A DNA stretch of 64,000 bases from an uncultured Verrucomicrobiae bacterium (GTDB lineage: Bacteria > Verrucomicrobiota > Verrucomicrobiia > Limisphaerales > Palsa-1400), in NCBI GenBank assembly GCA_963707025.1, contig CAVPOM010000004.1, forward strand, positions 736,001 to 800,000, given 5' to 3'. Positions within the stretch are counted from its first letter, which is position 1, and each line of letters begins with the position of its first letter. A model generated the notes under the pieces. The model ran no database searches. It was not told where the DNA came from and was given only the letters and a program-made list of their open reading frames with translations. Position numbers and translations under genes: made by a program. Positions 55,959 through 64,000 of this stretch are shown piece after piece.

Positions 55959-57155
55959 ATGAACATCGGCTATGAAAACTGGTGGTCCGGCGTGGTGCGA
56001 CTGGTGGCCGCTTCGGCCGCCCTGACGCTTTGTTCTTGTGCGGTTCATTCGCGCGGTGGGGACGGGCGATTATGGTTGAAGTCCACGATTAATGGAAAGC
56101 CCGCGCGCCTGGCCTTCGATACCGGGGCGGGCGTTCCCGTGCTCTTTGGCACGGCCCCCAAGAAGTTTGGCCTTTCTGTTACGAACATGCCGAATGTTGA
56201 ATCCCTCGGCCCCGATGTAATCCGAACTTTTACCGGGGAATGCAACGTGACGATTGAGCATTCGAAACTCCGAACCTGGTTTGGGGTTGTTGACGTGCCG
56301 CAGGGGATAGAATCGGATGCGGATGGCGTGCTGTGCTGGCGTTATCTAAAAGACAACATCATTGCCGTGGACGCGGTTCATGGAACCGTGAGCTTCTTGA
56401 ACTCGTTACCCCGAAAAGCGGCTGGTTGGACAAGACTCAGGCTCGTGACCAATTCCAATTCCGGTACGCTGATAATGACCGTGCCGCGGCCGGGCGACAC
56501 TCCGTACAGCGTTCTGGTGGATACCGGCTCCCGCCTTGGGGTTGCCCTTTTCCCCGACCAGTGGCAGGAGTGGAAGACAGCCCATGCAGACCAACCTGTG
56601 ACACTTACCGGTTCTGTTAATGCCTTTGATGGCTGGGTTGTGACAGAAGAAGGGTGGGCAAAAACACTGGCCATCGGCTCGTTATCGTTGACAAATGTCC
56701 CGGTAACGAAAGCCGACAAGCTTGATCTTCTACTCGGTTCCACCAATACCGTCGCAATGCTCGGAATGGAAGCGTTGAAACGGTTCGATCTGGTGATTGA
56801 CGGAAAAAAGGGCTTTGCCTACCTCCATGCCAAGGAGGGACCGCCGCCGCCATACGAATACAATCGTCTCGGAGCCGTTTTTGCGCCGCCAGATTTGGAG
56901 AGTGAGAATCTGGTGGCCAGCGTCGTTGCCGCCAGCCCGGCTTGGGAGGCGGGGATTCGACCCGGCGATGTTCTGACGCGCGTCGGGAACATGGATGTAA
57001 GAAATTGGCGCAAAGACCAGACCATTGGGCGGCGTCTCTGGCCGTTGCTGAGGCAACCGCCCGGAACCAAACTTGAACTTGCCGTGAGGCGCGGCGAAGA
57101 GCAAATCATCGGCCACGCTGTTCTGCGGCAAATTCTATCACCGGAGGCGAAGTAG
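55959..57155 (+). CDS. Double aspartyl-protease domain protein with C-terminal PDZ
   Basis: AFDTGAG and LVDTGS, LGMEALKRF, SPAWEAGIRPGDV. Confidence 0.85.
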   Translation: MNIGYENWWSGVVRLVAASAALTLCSCAVHSRGGDGRLWLKSTINGKPARLAFDTGAGVPVLFGTAPKKFGLSVTNMPNVESLGPDVIRTFTGECNVTIEHSKLRTWFGVVDVPQGIESDADGVLCWRYLKDNIIAVDAVHGTVSFLNSLPRKAAGWTRLRLVTNSNSGTLIMTVPRPGDTPYSVLVDTGSRLGVALFPDQWQEWKTAHADQPVTLTGSVNAFDGWVVTEEGWAKTLAIGSLSLTNVPVTKADKLDLLLGSTNTVAMLGMEALKRFDLVIDGKKGFAYLHAKEGPPPPYEYNRLGAVFAPPDLESENLVASVVAASPAWEAGIRPGDVLTRVGNMDVRNWRKDQTIGRRLWPLLRQPPGTKLELAVRRGEEQIIGHAVLRQILSPEAK

Positions 57156-57267
57156 TAGAAAAGGGCACTATGTCGGTGTGTCGGTGTCCTCACTTTTTAT
57201 ACTCTTTAAATGAGAATCGGCGGTGGGAGAAAGCAGGCGGCGCGATCTCGCCTTTCCCACAAGAGCT

Positions 57268-57417
57268 CAAAATCCTCATTGCCCTTGCGCCCGCGCGCGA
57301 CCAACATCCAGCCATGCTGGCGCGTGTTTTATCCGCTGCGGTCAACGAAATCGAGGCCTTCACCGTGAAAGTGGAGGTCAATTGCGACTGGGGCAACGCG
57401 GTCATCGCGATTGCCGG
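57268..57417 (+). repeat. comM/yifB-like promoter plus 5' fragment, copy 1
   Basis: cattgcccttgcgcccgcg...ccaacatccagccATG; MLARVLSAAVNEIEAFTVKVEVNCDWGNAVIAI. Confidence 0.8.
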
Positions 57418-57472
57418 TTCCACTTTGCCCAAACAACCAACGGTTGGCCGCCCGCCACGCCGCCTGCGGCGC

Positions 57473-58972
57473 ATGCCGGTTTCTCGATTGCTGTCGTGGC
57501 TTGGCCGGTGGTCGCTTTTGTGCGGTCTTGGTTTCTTTCCTTCAATCTCGCGGGCAGCGTCAACAAATGAAATGATTTTGCGGGCCATGTCTGCGCTCCA
57601 GGCGGCCGCCCCGCGCGCCCAGTCCGATCCGGCCCGGCCCATTTTTCATATCACCGCTCCAGCCCAATGGATGAATGATCCCAACGGGCCGATTTATTAC
57701 CATGGCCTCTACCACATTTTTTATCAGTTGCATCCCTTCAGCGACGGAGATGGTCCCAAGTATTGGGGGCACGTCCGCAGCCGCGATTTGGTGAAATGGG
57801 AAGCTCTGCCCATCGCTCTGTGGCCTTCCACGGAGATGGGCGAAACCGGCGTCTGGTCCGGTTGCTGCGCCGTCAATGGCAGCGGCCAGCCGATGATCTT
57901 TTATACCAGCGTTGCCGCCGGACAATCTGCCCAAACCCACGCGGAACAGTGGGCGGCGCTGGGCGATGAAGATTTGATCACCTGGCGCAAATGTCCGGCC
58001 AATCCCATGCTTGCCGAATCCTTGCACGGGGCCAGGAAGATTTACGATTGGCGCGATCCCTTCATTTTTCACTACCGTCAGCGGACCTTTTTGGTGACCG
58101 GCGGCAACCTGAACCGGGCGCAAGGCGGACAGGCCGTCGTCAATATTTATGAGTCGGAAAATGCCGGGCTGACACAGTGGAAATATCGCGGCGTTCTTTT
58201 TCAAATTCCTGACGCGGAGGCGCGCACCGCCGAATGCCCCAACTTTTTCAATATCGGTGACCGTTGGGTCCTCCTGGTGTCCCCCTACGGCAAAGTGCAA
58301 TACTACGTCGGCGACTTTGACGCGGAAACGTGCCGCTTTCAATCGCGCGCGCGGGGCCTGGTGGATGTCGGGCCGAATTTTTACGCGCCAAACACCATGC
58401 AACTCGCCGATGGCCGGCGCATCATGTGGGGCTGGGTGAATGGTTTTCCGGGCGGCCACGGCTGGAAGGGCTGTCTGTCCCTCCCGCGCGTTCTGAGCCT
58501 GTCAAGCGATGGCCAACTGCGCCAAAGCCCCGCGCCGCAACTCCGCAAGCTGCGTGGCCCGGCCGTGATATGGCGAAACACCGCTCTGCGCGGCGATGGC
58601 GCCGCGTTTCGATTGCCGCAGACCAACGCGCTGGAAATCCAGGCTGACATTCTTTTGCGGACTTCAGACAGCGTTGTCCTTTCGTTAAGAAATGCCGCCG
58701 CCAACGCTTCGCCCGTCCTCATGAAGTTTAACGGTTCGGAATTCAAAATGGCGGACGCGGAAGGCCGGCTGTCCCTGGCCGGATCGGAACGAAAACTCGA
58801 CCTGCGCATTTTCATTGACCGCTCCGTGCTGGAAATCTTCGCCAACGATGCCTTGTGCGCGACGAAAGTAATTGCTCCGCTGGATGCCGGCGCCACGTTG
58901 CAGGTCAGTTCCCCGGACGGCTCCGCCCAGGCGAAGCTGGTCGAGGCCTGGCCCATGAAAACGATCTGGTGA
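57473..58972 (+). CDS. Glycoside hydrolase family 32 (beta-fructofuranosidase-like)
   Basis: WMNDPNG, WSG, RDP, AECP, IFIDRSVLEIF; in frame with comM fragment from 57314. Confidence 0.92.
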   Translation: MPVSRLLSWLGRWSLLCGLGFFPSISRAASTNEMILRAMSALQAAAPRAQSDPARPIFHITAPAQWMNDPNGPIYYHGLYHIFYQLHPFSDGDGPKYWGHVRSRDLVKWEALPIALWPSTEMGETGVWSGCCAVNGSGQPMIFYTSVAAGQSAQTHAEQWAALGDEDLITWRKCPANPMLAESLHGARKIYDWRDPFIFHYRQRTFLVTGGNLNRAQGGQAVVNIYESENAGLTQWKYRGVLFQIPDAEARTAECPNFFNIGDRWVLLVSPYGKVQYYVGDFDAETCRFQSRARGLVDVGPNFYAPNTMQLADGRRIMWGWVNGFPGGHGWKGCLSLPRVLSLSSDGQLRQSPAPQLRKLRGPAVIWRNTALRGDGAAFRLPQTNALEIQADILLRTSDSVVLSLRNAAANASPVLMKFNGSEFKMADAEGRLSLAGSERKLDLRIFIDRSVLEIFANDALCATKVIAPLDAGATLQVSSPDGSAQAKLVEAWPMKTIW

Positions 58973-58998
58973 TGCTGCGCGCCCCATTCTTTGCTTAA

Positions 58999-59103
58999 GA
59001 AAACCGCATTGCCCTTGCGCCCGCGTTCCCCCAACATCCACCCATGCTGGCCCGTGTTCCGTCCGCCGCCGTCAATGGCATCGAAGCCCGCCCCGTCGAG
59101 GTG
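58999..59103 (+). repeat. comM/yifB-like promoter plus 5' fragment, copy 2
   Basis: aaaaccgcattgcccttgcgcccgcgtt...ccaacatccacccATG(59044); MLARVPSAAVNGIEARPVEV. Confidence 0.85.
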
Positions 59104-59189
59104 AAATCAAGGCCGGATACCGGGGGAAGCCCAAGGTGGCTTACATCAAAGTCTCGCTTGAGGAACTGGCTTGAGGTATTTTTAAACCT

Positions 59190-59459
59190 ATGAAAGGAAA
59201 CACTGCGACGGTCGGTTACCGCTACATCACACGCCAGACGGGTGTGCGTGGCGGCCACTCCATCATCGAGGGTACGCGCGTCGGTGTCCACGACGTCATC
59301 AGCCTCCTCCAGAATGGTGAAACTGTGGACAGCGTGGTCACTCGGTGCTTCCCCAACATCACCCGCGCCCAAGTGTATGAGTGCCTGGCGTATTACGAGG
59401 ACCACCGCGGCGAGATTGACGTGCTGGTGGCTCGCCAGATGTCCGCGCCGACAGCGTGA
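59190..59459 (+). CDS. DUF433 family putative antitoxin
   Basis: GVRGGHSIIEGTRVGV, FPNITRAQVYECLAYYEDH. Confidence 0.85.
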   Translation: MKGNTATVGYRYITRQTGVRGGHSIIEGTRVGVHDVISLLQNGETVDSVVTRCFPNITRAQVYECLAYYEDHRGEIDVLVARQMSAPTA

Positions 59460-59776
59460 AGTTCCTGCTCGACCACGACGTGCCGGATGACGCCGCCTTC
59501 TCGCTGGAGGCGCTGGGTCACGTCGTCGTCAAGCTGCGTGAAGTGCTGGGCGTCACCACCCCGGATGAGGAGGTGCTGCGGCTGGCTGGCGAGCGTGGCT
59601 GTGTGCTTATCACCTGTAATCGCGATGATTTTCTGGCTGCCGCCGGGCGCGTCGCGCACCACGGCATCATCATACTCATCCGCCGCAAGTCCAGGACGTT
59701 GGAGCGGGCGGCGTTGATCCGGCTGTTGGATTCCGCAGGGGAATCGGGCTTGAGCGGCAACATCAATTTCGCCTGA
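59456..59776 (+). CDS. DUF5615 PIN-like putative toxin
   Basis: MKFLLDHDV, DEEVL, LITCNRDDF, HHGII; GTGA overlap. Confidence 0.85.
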   Translation: MKFLLDHDVPDDAAFSLEALGHVVVKLREVLGVTTPDEEVLRLAGERGCVLITCNRDDFLAAAGRVAHHGIIILIRRKSRTLERAALIRLLDSAGESGLSGNINFA

Positions 59777-59858
59777 GCCACCTTTTTCAACGGATCGAAG
59801 GGTACCAGGCCATTTGGGAAAGCAGGTCACGCTCCCTCCCGCTTTTCCCAGCGGGGGC

Positions 59859-59930
59859 AAAAACCGCATTGCCCTTGCGACTGCGTTGGCCCAACCTCCA
59901 GGCATGGCGGCCCGTGTTTTCTCCGCCGCC
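59859..59930 (+). repeat. comM/yifB-like promoter plus 5' fragment, copy 3 (shortest)
   Basis: aaaaccgcattgcccttgcg...ccaacctccaggcATG(59904); MAARVFSAA. Confidence 0.8.
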
Positions 59931-59953
59931 AGGAAAAACTTCTTCTTTTGATT

Positions 59954-59977
59954 TGCCATTTGGCATGCCAAATGGCA
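59954..59977. promoter_or_regulatory. Perfect 24-bp palindrome, putative antitoxin operator
   Basis: TGCCATTTGGCATGCCAAATGGCA ends 12 bp before the AbrB ATG. Confidence 0.7.
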
Positions 59978-59989
59978 TGGTTATGGGAA

Positions 59990-60241
59990 ATGGAAGCGGT
60001 TATTACGATGGATAAATTTGGGCGCATGGTCCTTCCCGGGCCAATGCGCAGGGCGCTCCAGATTTCCCGGCCCGCCGCCTTCAAGGCGGAAGTCATGGGC
60101 AACAAAGTGGAGCTGACTTTGGTCGCCCCGGAGCGAAGCGCGGTTTTGAAAAAGCGGCGGGGTCTGATCGTTGTTTCAACCGGCGGGCGAAAATTTAACG
60201 CGGCCGAGGCGGTGAGCGCCATGCGCGAGGAGCGATTCTGA
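59990..60241 (+). CDS. AbrB/MazE/SpoVT-like antitoxin
   Basis: ITMDKFGRMVLPGPMRRAL. Confidence 0.8.
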   Translation: MEAVITMDKFGRMVLPGPMRRALQISRPAAFKAEVMGNKVELTLVAPERSAVLKKRRGLIVVSTGGRKFNAAEAVSAMREERF

Positions 60242-60660
60242 GCACCTATTTCGACACCTCGGCCCTGGTCGCTGCGATGGTTGAGGAGGAGGAGCATCAC
60301 GGTGCGGCCTTGAAGGCGCTCACCCGTCCCGGCGCCGCTTTTACATCCACTCATGCCCTCGCTGAAACTTTCGCCACCTTGACCAGCGGGCGCCTGGAGG
60401 TCCAGCTAACCCCGGTCGAGGCGGTACAAGTCATTGATGCGAACGTCGTCCGACGGCTTCGAGTCGTTGACTTGCGTTTGAGTGACTATCAGCAGGCGAT
60501 GCGAAACAGCCACACGGTTGGCGCGCGTGGCGGCGCGATTTTTGACATGTTGCATTTACAGGCGGCGCGCCGGGGAGCTGCGAAACGCATTCTCACCATT
60601 AACGTCCGGCACTTTCAAACATTCGCGCCTGACCTGAAAAACATCATCTCGCTGCCATAG
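60238..60660 (+). CDS. PIN-domain (VapC-like) toxin, apparent CTG start
   Basis: YFDTSALVAA, THALAE, IFDMLH, LTINVRHF. Confidence 0.8.
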   Translation: MSTYFDTSALVAAMVEEEEHHGAALKALTRPGAAFTSTHALAETFATLTSGRLEVQLTPVEAVQVIDANVVRRLRVVDLRLSDYQQAMRNSHTVGARGGAIFDMLHLQAARRGAAKRILTINVRHFQTFAPDLKNIISLP

Positions 60661-60686
60661 CCTCGCAACACCCACAGCGGCTCTCG

Positions 60687-60830
60687 CAAAAACCGCATTG
60701 CCCTCGCGCCTGCGTTGGCCCAACATCCATCCATGCTGGCCCGTGTTTTCTCCGCCGCCGTCAATGGCATCGAAGCCTTCCCCGTCGAGATGGAGGTCAA
60801 TTGCGGGTGGGGCGACACCGTGGTCGTAAT
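60687..60830 (+). repeat. comM/yifB-like promoter plus 5' fragment, copy 4
   Basis: aaaaaccgcattgccctcgcgcctgcgttggcccaacatccatccATG(60733); MLARVFSAAVNGIEAFPVEMEVNCGWGDTVVV. Confidence 0.85.
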
Positions 60831-62020
60831 GTTGTCTTGTGATCTCCCCCCCGGCTCTGGCCCGAACGGCTCCAAGTTGAGACTTGTCGTGTCTGCTTTC
60901 GAAATTCAGTCTTTTTTGTGGCGCAAAATGAATCCGATTAGGGACGCAGTTTAATCTGGGTCCCCGTTACGTAACGTGCATAATAGCCCTAGCCGAAACA
61001 ATATGGACTCAAATCGCGGAAATTTCCTTTGTTCCTCGTGGTTAATCATCAAGTGGCTGCTCCCGTTATCGCTGCTTCTCGCGACTGGTTGCAATGGAGG
61101 ATCCTCTTACGACATTATTTGGATAAATGAGTCAGACGTAAAGATCAATGATGTCAGCGCGCAAATTGGCCGCGAACAGGCTTCGTGCGGAGGCTTGATG
61201 GCGAAAGGACAAGCTGGTTACGGACTCTTTGTATTTCCATTGCCGGAAACGGCCTCCGTAACGTGGCGGGGTTCAAACGGGAACAAGCATGACGTGAAAG
61301 TTCAAGTGGCCAAGCTTGCCCCGCCCAATTTTAGACGTGGCACGGTCCAGTTCCGAATTCACGCAGATAATTCGGTGAGCGTGACATTTCGCATTTTTGA
61401 TTCGCCAGAGAAGCCTTCGCAAGAATACATTCCTAACGAATCATCAGAGCAACTCGCCCTTCGGAAGGCTGGGAATGCCCTGTTCGAAGCCATTGCCAAT
61501 GGAGACACAAACAGCATTCTGACGGCTTTAGCGGCTGGGGTTGACATTAATCGTCCGATCAATGGACTGAGAGGGTGGACTCCTCTGGGGCGGGCTGCCA
61601 GTACTGGACGGTTGGATGTGGCGAAACTGCTGCTCCAACGCGGTGCCAAGCCAAATAACGCCTTGTATTTTGCCGCTCGAGACGCAGATGCGGGGATGAT
61701 AAGTCTTCTCTCGAAGCAGGGAGCAGATGTTAACTTTGCCGAACCTGAACAGGATACCGCGCTTATCGTGGCCATCTCTAATTGAGGTGGACCCCATCCT
61801 TTAGACCACGGAGCGCATGAAATAAGCGCGACTTTTGCCGATTGCTGTCATTACTAATTGTAGTTGACTACTGTTCATTCCGTGTTTCAAAACCCTTTCG
61901 AAAAGAGAGAACGAGCGATGCGGAGCACTGCCCGTCCTCCCTCTCCGTTTTCTTAGGGTTCTCAACTCTACCGCCGCAGGCGGTCTGATTTCAAGCCTTT
62001 TCCTGCCGCCTGCCTCTCTG

Positions 62021-62875
62021 TCAAGTGCTGCGATCGCTCCTGCCTCTGGCAGGTTGCATCGCTTCCCATTTGGCCGGTTGGGCTCCATGCGTGCCGGGAT
62101 CAAAATACGCGTCCGCCGGCGTCGCATAGCCCAACGCCTGGTGCGGTCGTTCCCGGTTGTAGCCGTCAAACCACCGGCCCAGTCCGCGCCCTGCCGCCAA
62201 CCCGTCGCCATAGTCTTGCAAATAAATGTCCTCATACTTGGCGCTCCGCCACAGCCGCTCGATAAACCGGTTGTCCATCCAGCGACCCCGTCCGTCCATG
62301 CTCACGTCCACCCCCGCCGATTCCACCGCATCGATAAACATCGGGGAGGTGAACTGCGATCCCTGGTCGGTATTGGAAATCAACGGCGCCTGACGCCCCG
62401 CCCGCAACGCCGCCTCCCAAGCGTCCACACAAAAGTCCGCCTCCAACGTGTTGCTCAAGCGCCATCCCAGCACGTAACGACTCCGCCAATCCATCACCGC
62501 CACCAAATACATAAACCCAGTTGCCATAGGCACATACGTAATGTCCGAACACCAAACCTGATCCGGTCCCGTCACTGCCAAATTGCGTAACAGATACGGA
62601 TAAATCTGGTGCCCCATCTCCCGCAGACTCGTCTTGGGCTTGGCGTAAATCGCCTCGATCCCCATCAACCGCAGCAGCCGCACCACCCGTTTGCGATTGA
62701 TGGTCAAACCCTCCCGGCGCAACAGCACGGTCAGTTTGCGGCTGCCATAAACCGGGTGGTCCAAATGCATCTGGTCCAACCGCCGCATCAGCGCCAGGTT
62801 CTCCTCTGTCTCCGGACAGCACTGGTAATAATAACTGCCACGGCACACCGCCAGCAGCTCGCACTGGCGCCGCAC
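62021..62875 (-). CDS. IS3 OrfB DDE transposase
   Basis: WCSDITY, NTDQGSQFT, DNRFIERLWRSAKYE; frame open upstream to the A8G slippery site at 62929-62937. Confidence 0.93.
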   Translation of the reverse strand: MRRQCELLAVCRGSYYYQCCPETEENLALMRRLDQMHLDHPVYGSRKLTVLLRREGLTINRKRVVRLLRLMGIEAIYAKPKTSLREMGHQIYPYLLRNLAVTGPDQVWCSDITYVPMATGFMYLVAVMDWRSRYVLGWRLSNTLEADFCVDAWEAALRAGRQAPLISNTDQGSQFTSPMFIDAVESAGVDVSMDGRGRWMDNRFIERLWRSAKYEDIYLQDYGDGLAAGRGLGRWFDGYNRERPHQALGYATPADAYFDPGTHGAQPAKWEAMQPARGRSDRST

Positions 62876-62907
62876 GCTGAGCTGCGGATCGGGAGCGATT
62901 AAACATG

Positions 62908-63198
62908 TTAAAGCCCCAGTTGCCTGGACTTTTTTTTAAGCCAGTCCAAGTCCACCGTCAGTTGGCCAATCTTCTCATGCAGTTGGGCAATCAACTGTTC
63001 CTGATCCTCCGTGCGGGGTTGCCCGGGCTCAAACAATTCGGGCATGTGATCCCGAATCGTCGCCCGCCACTGCGTGACCTGCGCCGGATGCACCGCATAC
63101 TCTCGCGCCAATTGCGCGACCGTCTTCAGCCCCACCAGGGCTTCGAATCCCACTTTGGCCTTGAAGGCCGCACTGTGTCTTTTCCGTTTTGCTTTCAT
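62908..63198 (-). CDS. IS3 OrfA HTH protein
   Basis: RKRHSAAFKAKV, IGQLTVDLDWLKKK. Confidence 0.93.
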   Translation of the reverse strand: MKAKRKRHSAAFKAKVGFEALVGLKTVAQLAREYAVHPAQVTQWRATIRDHMPELFEPGQPRTEDQEQLIAQLHEKIGQLTVDLDWLKKKSRQLGL

Positions 63199-63659
63199 AA
63201 GTCTGCTCTTTCTTATCTACAGCAAACCGGCAAAAATCGAAACTTACCTGTGGTCTAAAAATAGGGGTCCAGCTCAAATCATCGCATTGCCAATGCTCGC
63301 CAATTGCTCGACCTCGGTGCGAATGCAAACAAACCAGGGGTGAATCAGATAACTCCCATTCATGCTGCAGCCGTTCAGGGAGAGCTAGAAATTGCAGAGT
63401 TACTGCTTCAGCTTGGAGCAAACCCCAACACGCCAGATGTAGATGGTATCACTCCGCTGTCGATCGTCGGTCAGATCGTTCGAGATACGGCCGACGGTCC
63501 CAAGAGGCAACAGTACGAGAAGGTCATGAGCTTTCTGCGTCAGAGCGGGGCCAAGAAGTAATTCAATTTCTCCCAAACTTCACACGTCGTGCGGAGCAAA
63601 TTAGGCGTCAGTTCCTAAAAGAAAACAAGGGAAAGGAGACGGTCAATGGTTTTCTCATA

Positions 63660-64000
63660 TTATTCTTGATTGCGACCTGACGCCTCCCGGTAGATGGCTC
63701 CGGGCTTCAGCCGCTCGGCATAGGACATCAACATGAACATGGACAGTTGCGTCACCTTGGGCGCGCCATCGAAGACCGAAGATTCAAGTTGCCGCATGTC
63801 CTGGTCGCCCTTTGTCAACAATGTTTTATCCTGCGGGAGATGGCGGGAGAAGATGTATTCGTGAAAGGGCAGTCCGCCGAATTTCATGCCCCAGCCTTTG
63901 GTGACCGGCCAGGGCCGCTGCGCCAGGGGCAGGGCCTGTTGCCCGGTGATCCAATGGAAACACCAGGCGACATTGGCCGCCGCCGCTTCCTGGCGCGCCT
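63660..64000 (-). CDS. Hypothetical protein, C-terminal part (truncated by window edge)
   Basis: Frame stays open from the window end to the stop at 63660; GC-biased third positions. Confidence 0.6.
   Translation of the reverse strand, partial: ARQEAAAANVAWCFHWITGQQALPLAQRPWPVTKGWGMKFGGLPFHEYIFSRHLPQDKTLLTKGDQDMRQLESSVFDGAPKVTQLSMFMLMSYAERLKPGAIYREASGRNQE

Larger units (their letters stand above)
61783..63276 (-). mobile_element. IS3 family insertion sequence, 1494 bp
   Basis: TG...CA ends, imperfect 29-bp IRs (tgaggtggaccccatcctttagaccacgg / tgagctggacccctatttttagaccacag), 3-bp AAT target duplication. Confidence 0.95.
61003..63561 (+). pseudogene. Ankyrin-repeat lipoprotein gene interrupted by IS3 element
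   Basis: Lipobox LLATGC; ankyrin TPLGRAA, TALIVA, TPIHAAA; removing the IS and one AAT rejoins AISN-HRIANARQLLDLGAN in frame. Confidence 0.88.

Noticed and set aside
57268..60830. comM repeats as a CRISPR array or classical attC sites
   Set aside because: Intervals are gene-sized, the repeats encode a protein start, and no cas genes, intI or attC-like hairpin with RYYYAAC/GTTRRRY ends were seen.

Overview
GC-rich bacterial chromosomal window. The gene set (DUF1592/DUF1552 pair, prepilin H-X9-DG protein, large Ig-repeat surface protein) suggests a PVC-superphylum organism, probably Verrucomicrobia; this is an inference. Housekeeping genes: folC 3' end, sdhCAB, metK-ahcY with a divergent SahR-like regulator, rex, hom-thrC-lysC, prfB with its programmed frameshift, trpC, ilvB with a Val-rich attenuator, fcl, an FKBP and a GldA/F/G-like ABC system. 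Accessory DNA: a putative type II R-M pair, a group II intron inserted beside a 10-bp repeat tract, a cobalamin-riboswitch operon with no recognisable Btu gene, a decayed IS1-like element followed by cassette-like small ORFs, and an IS3 element splitting an ankyrin lipoprotein gene. The most unusual structure lies at 57.2-61 kb. Four same-strand copies of a promoter plus the 5' end of a comM/yifB-like gene separate unrelated cargo (GH32, two toxin-antitoxin pairs, ankyrin protein), resembling an integron-like array with no integrase in view. Several families of short periodic repeats (6, 8, 9, 10, 14 bp) are scattered, mostly between genes. Six single-base frameshifts are probably assembly indels. 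Family names come from motif recognition only; no database search was run.
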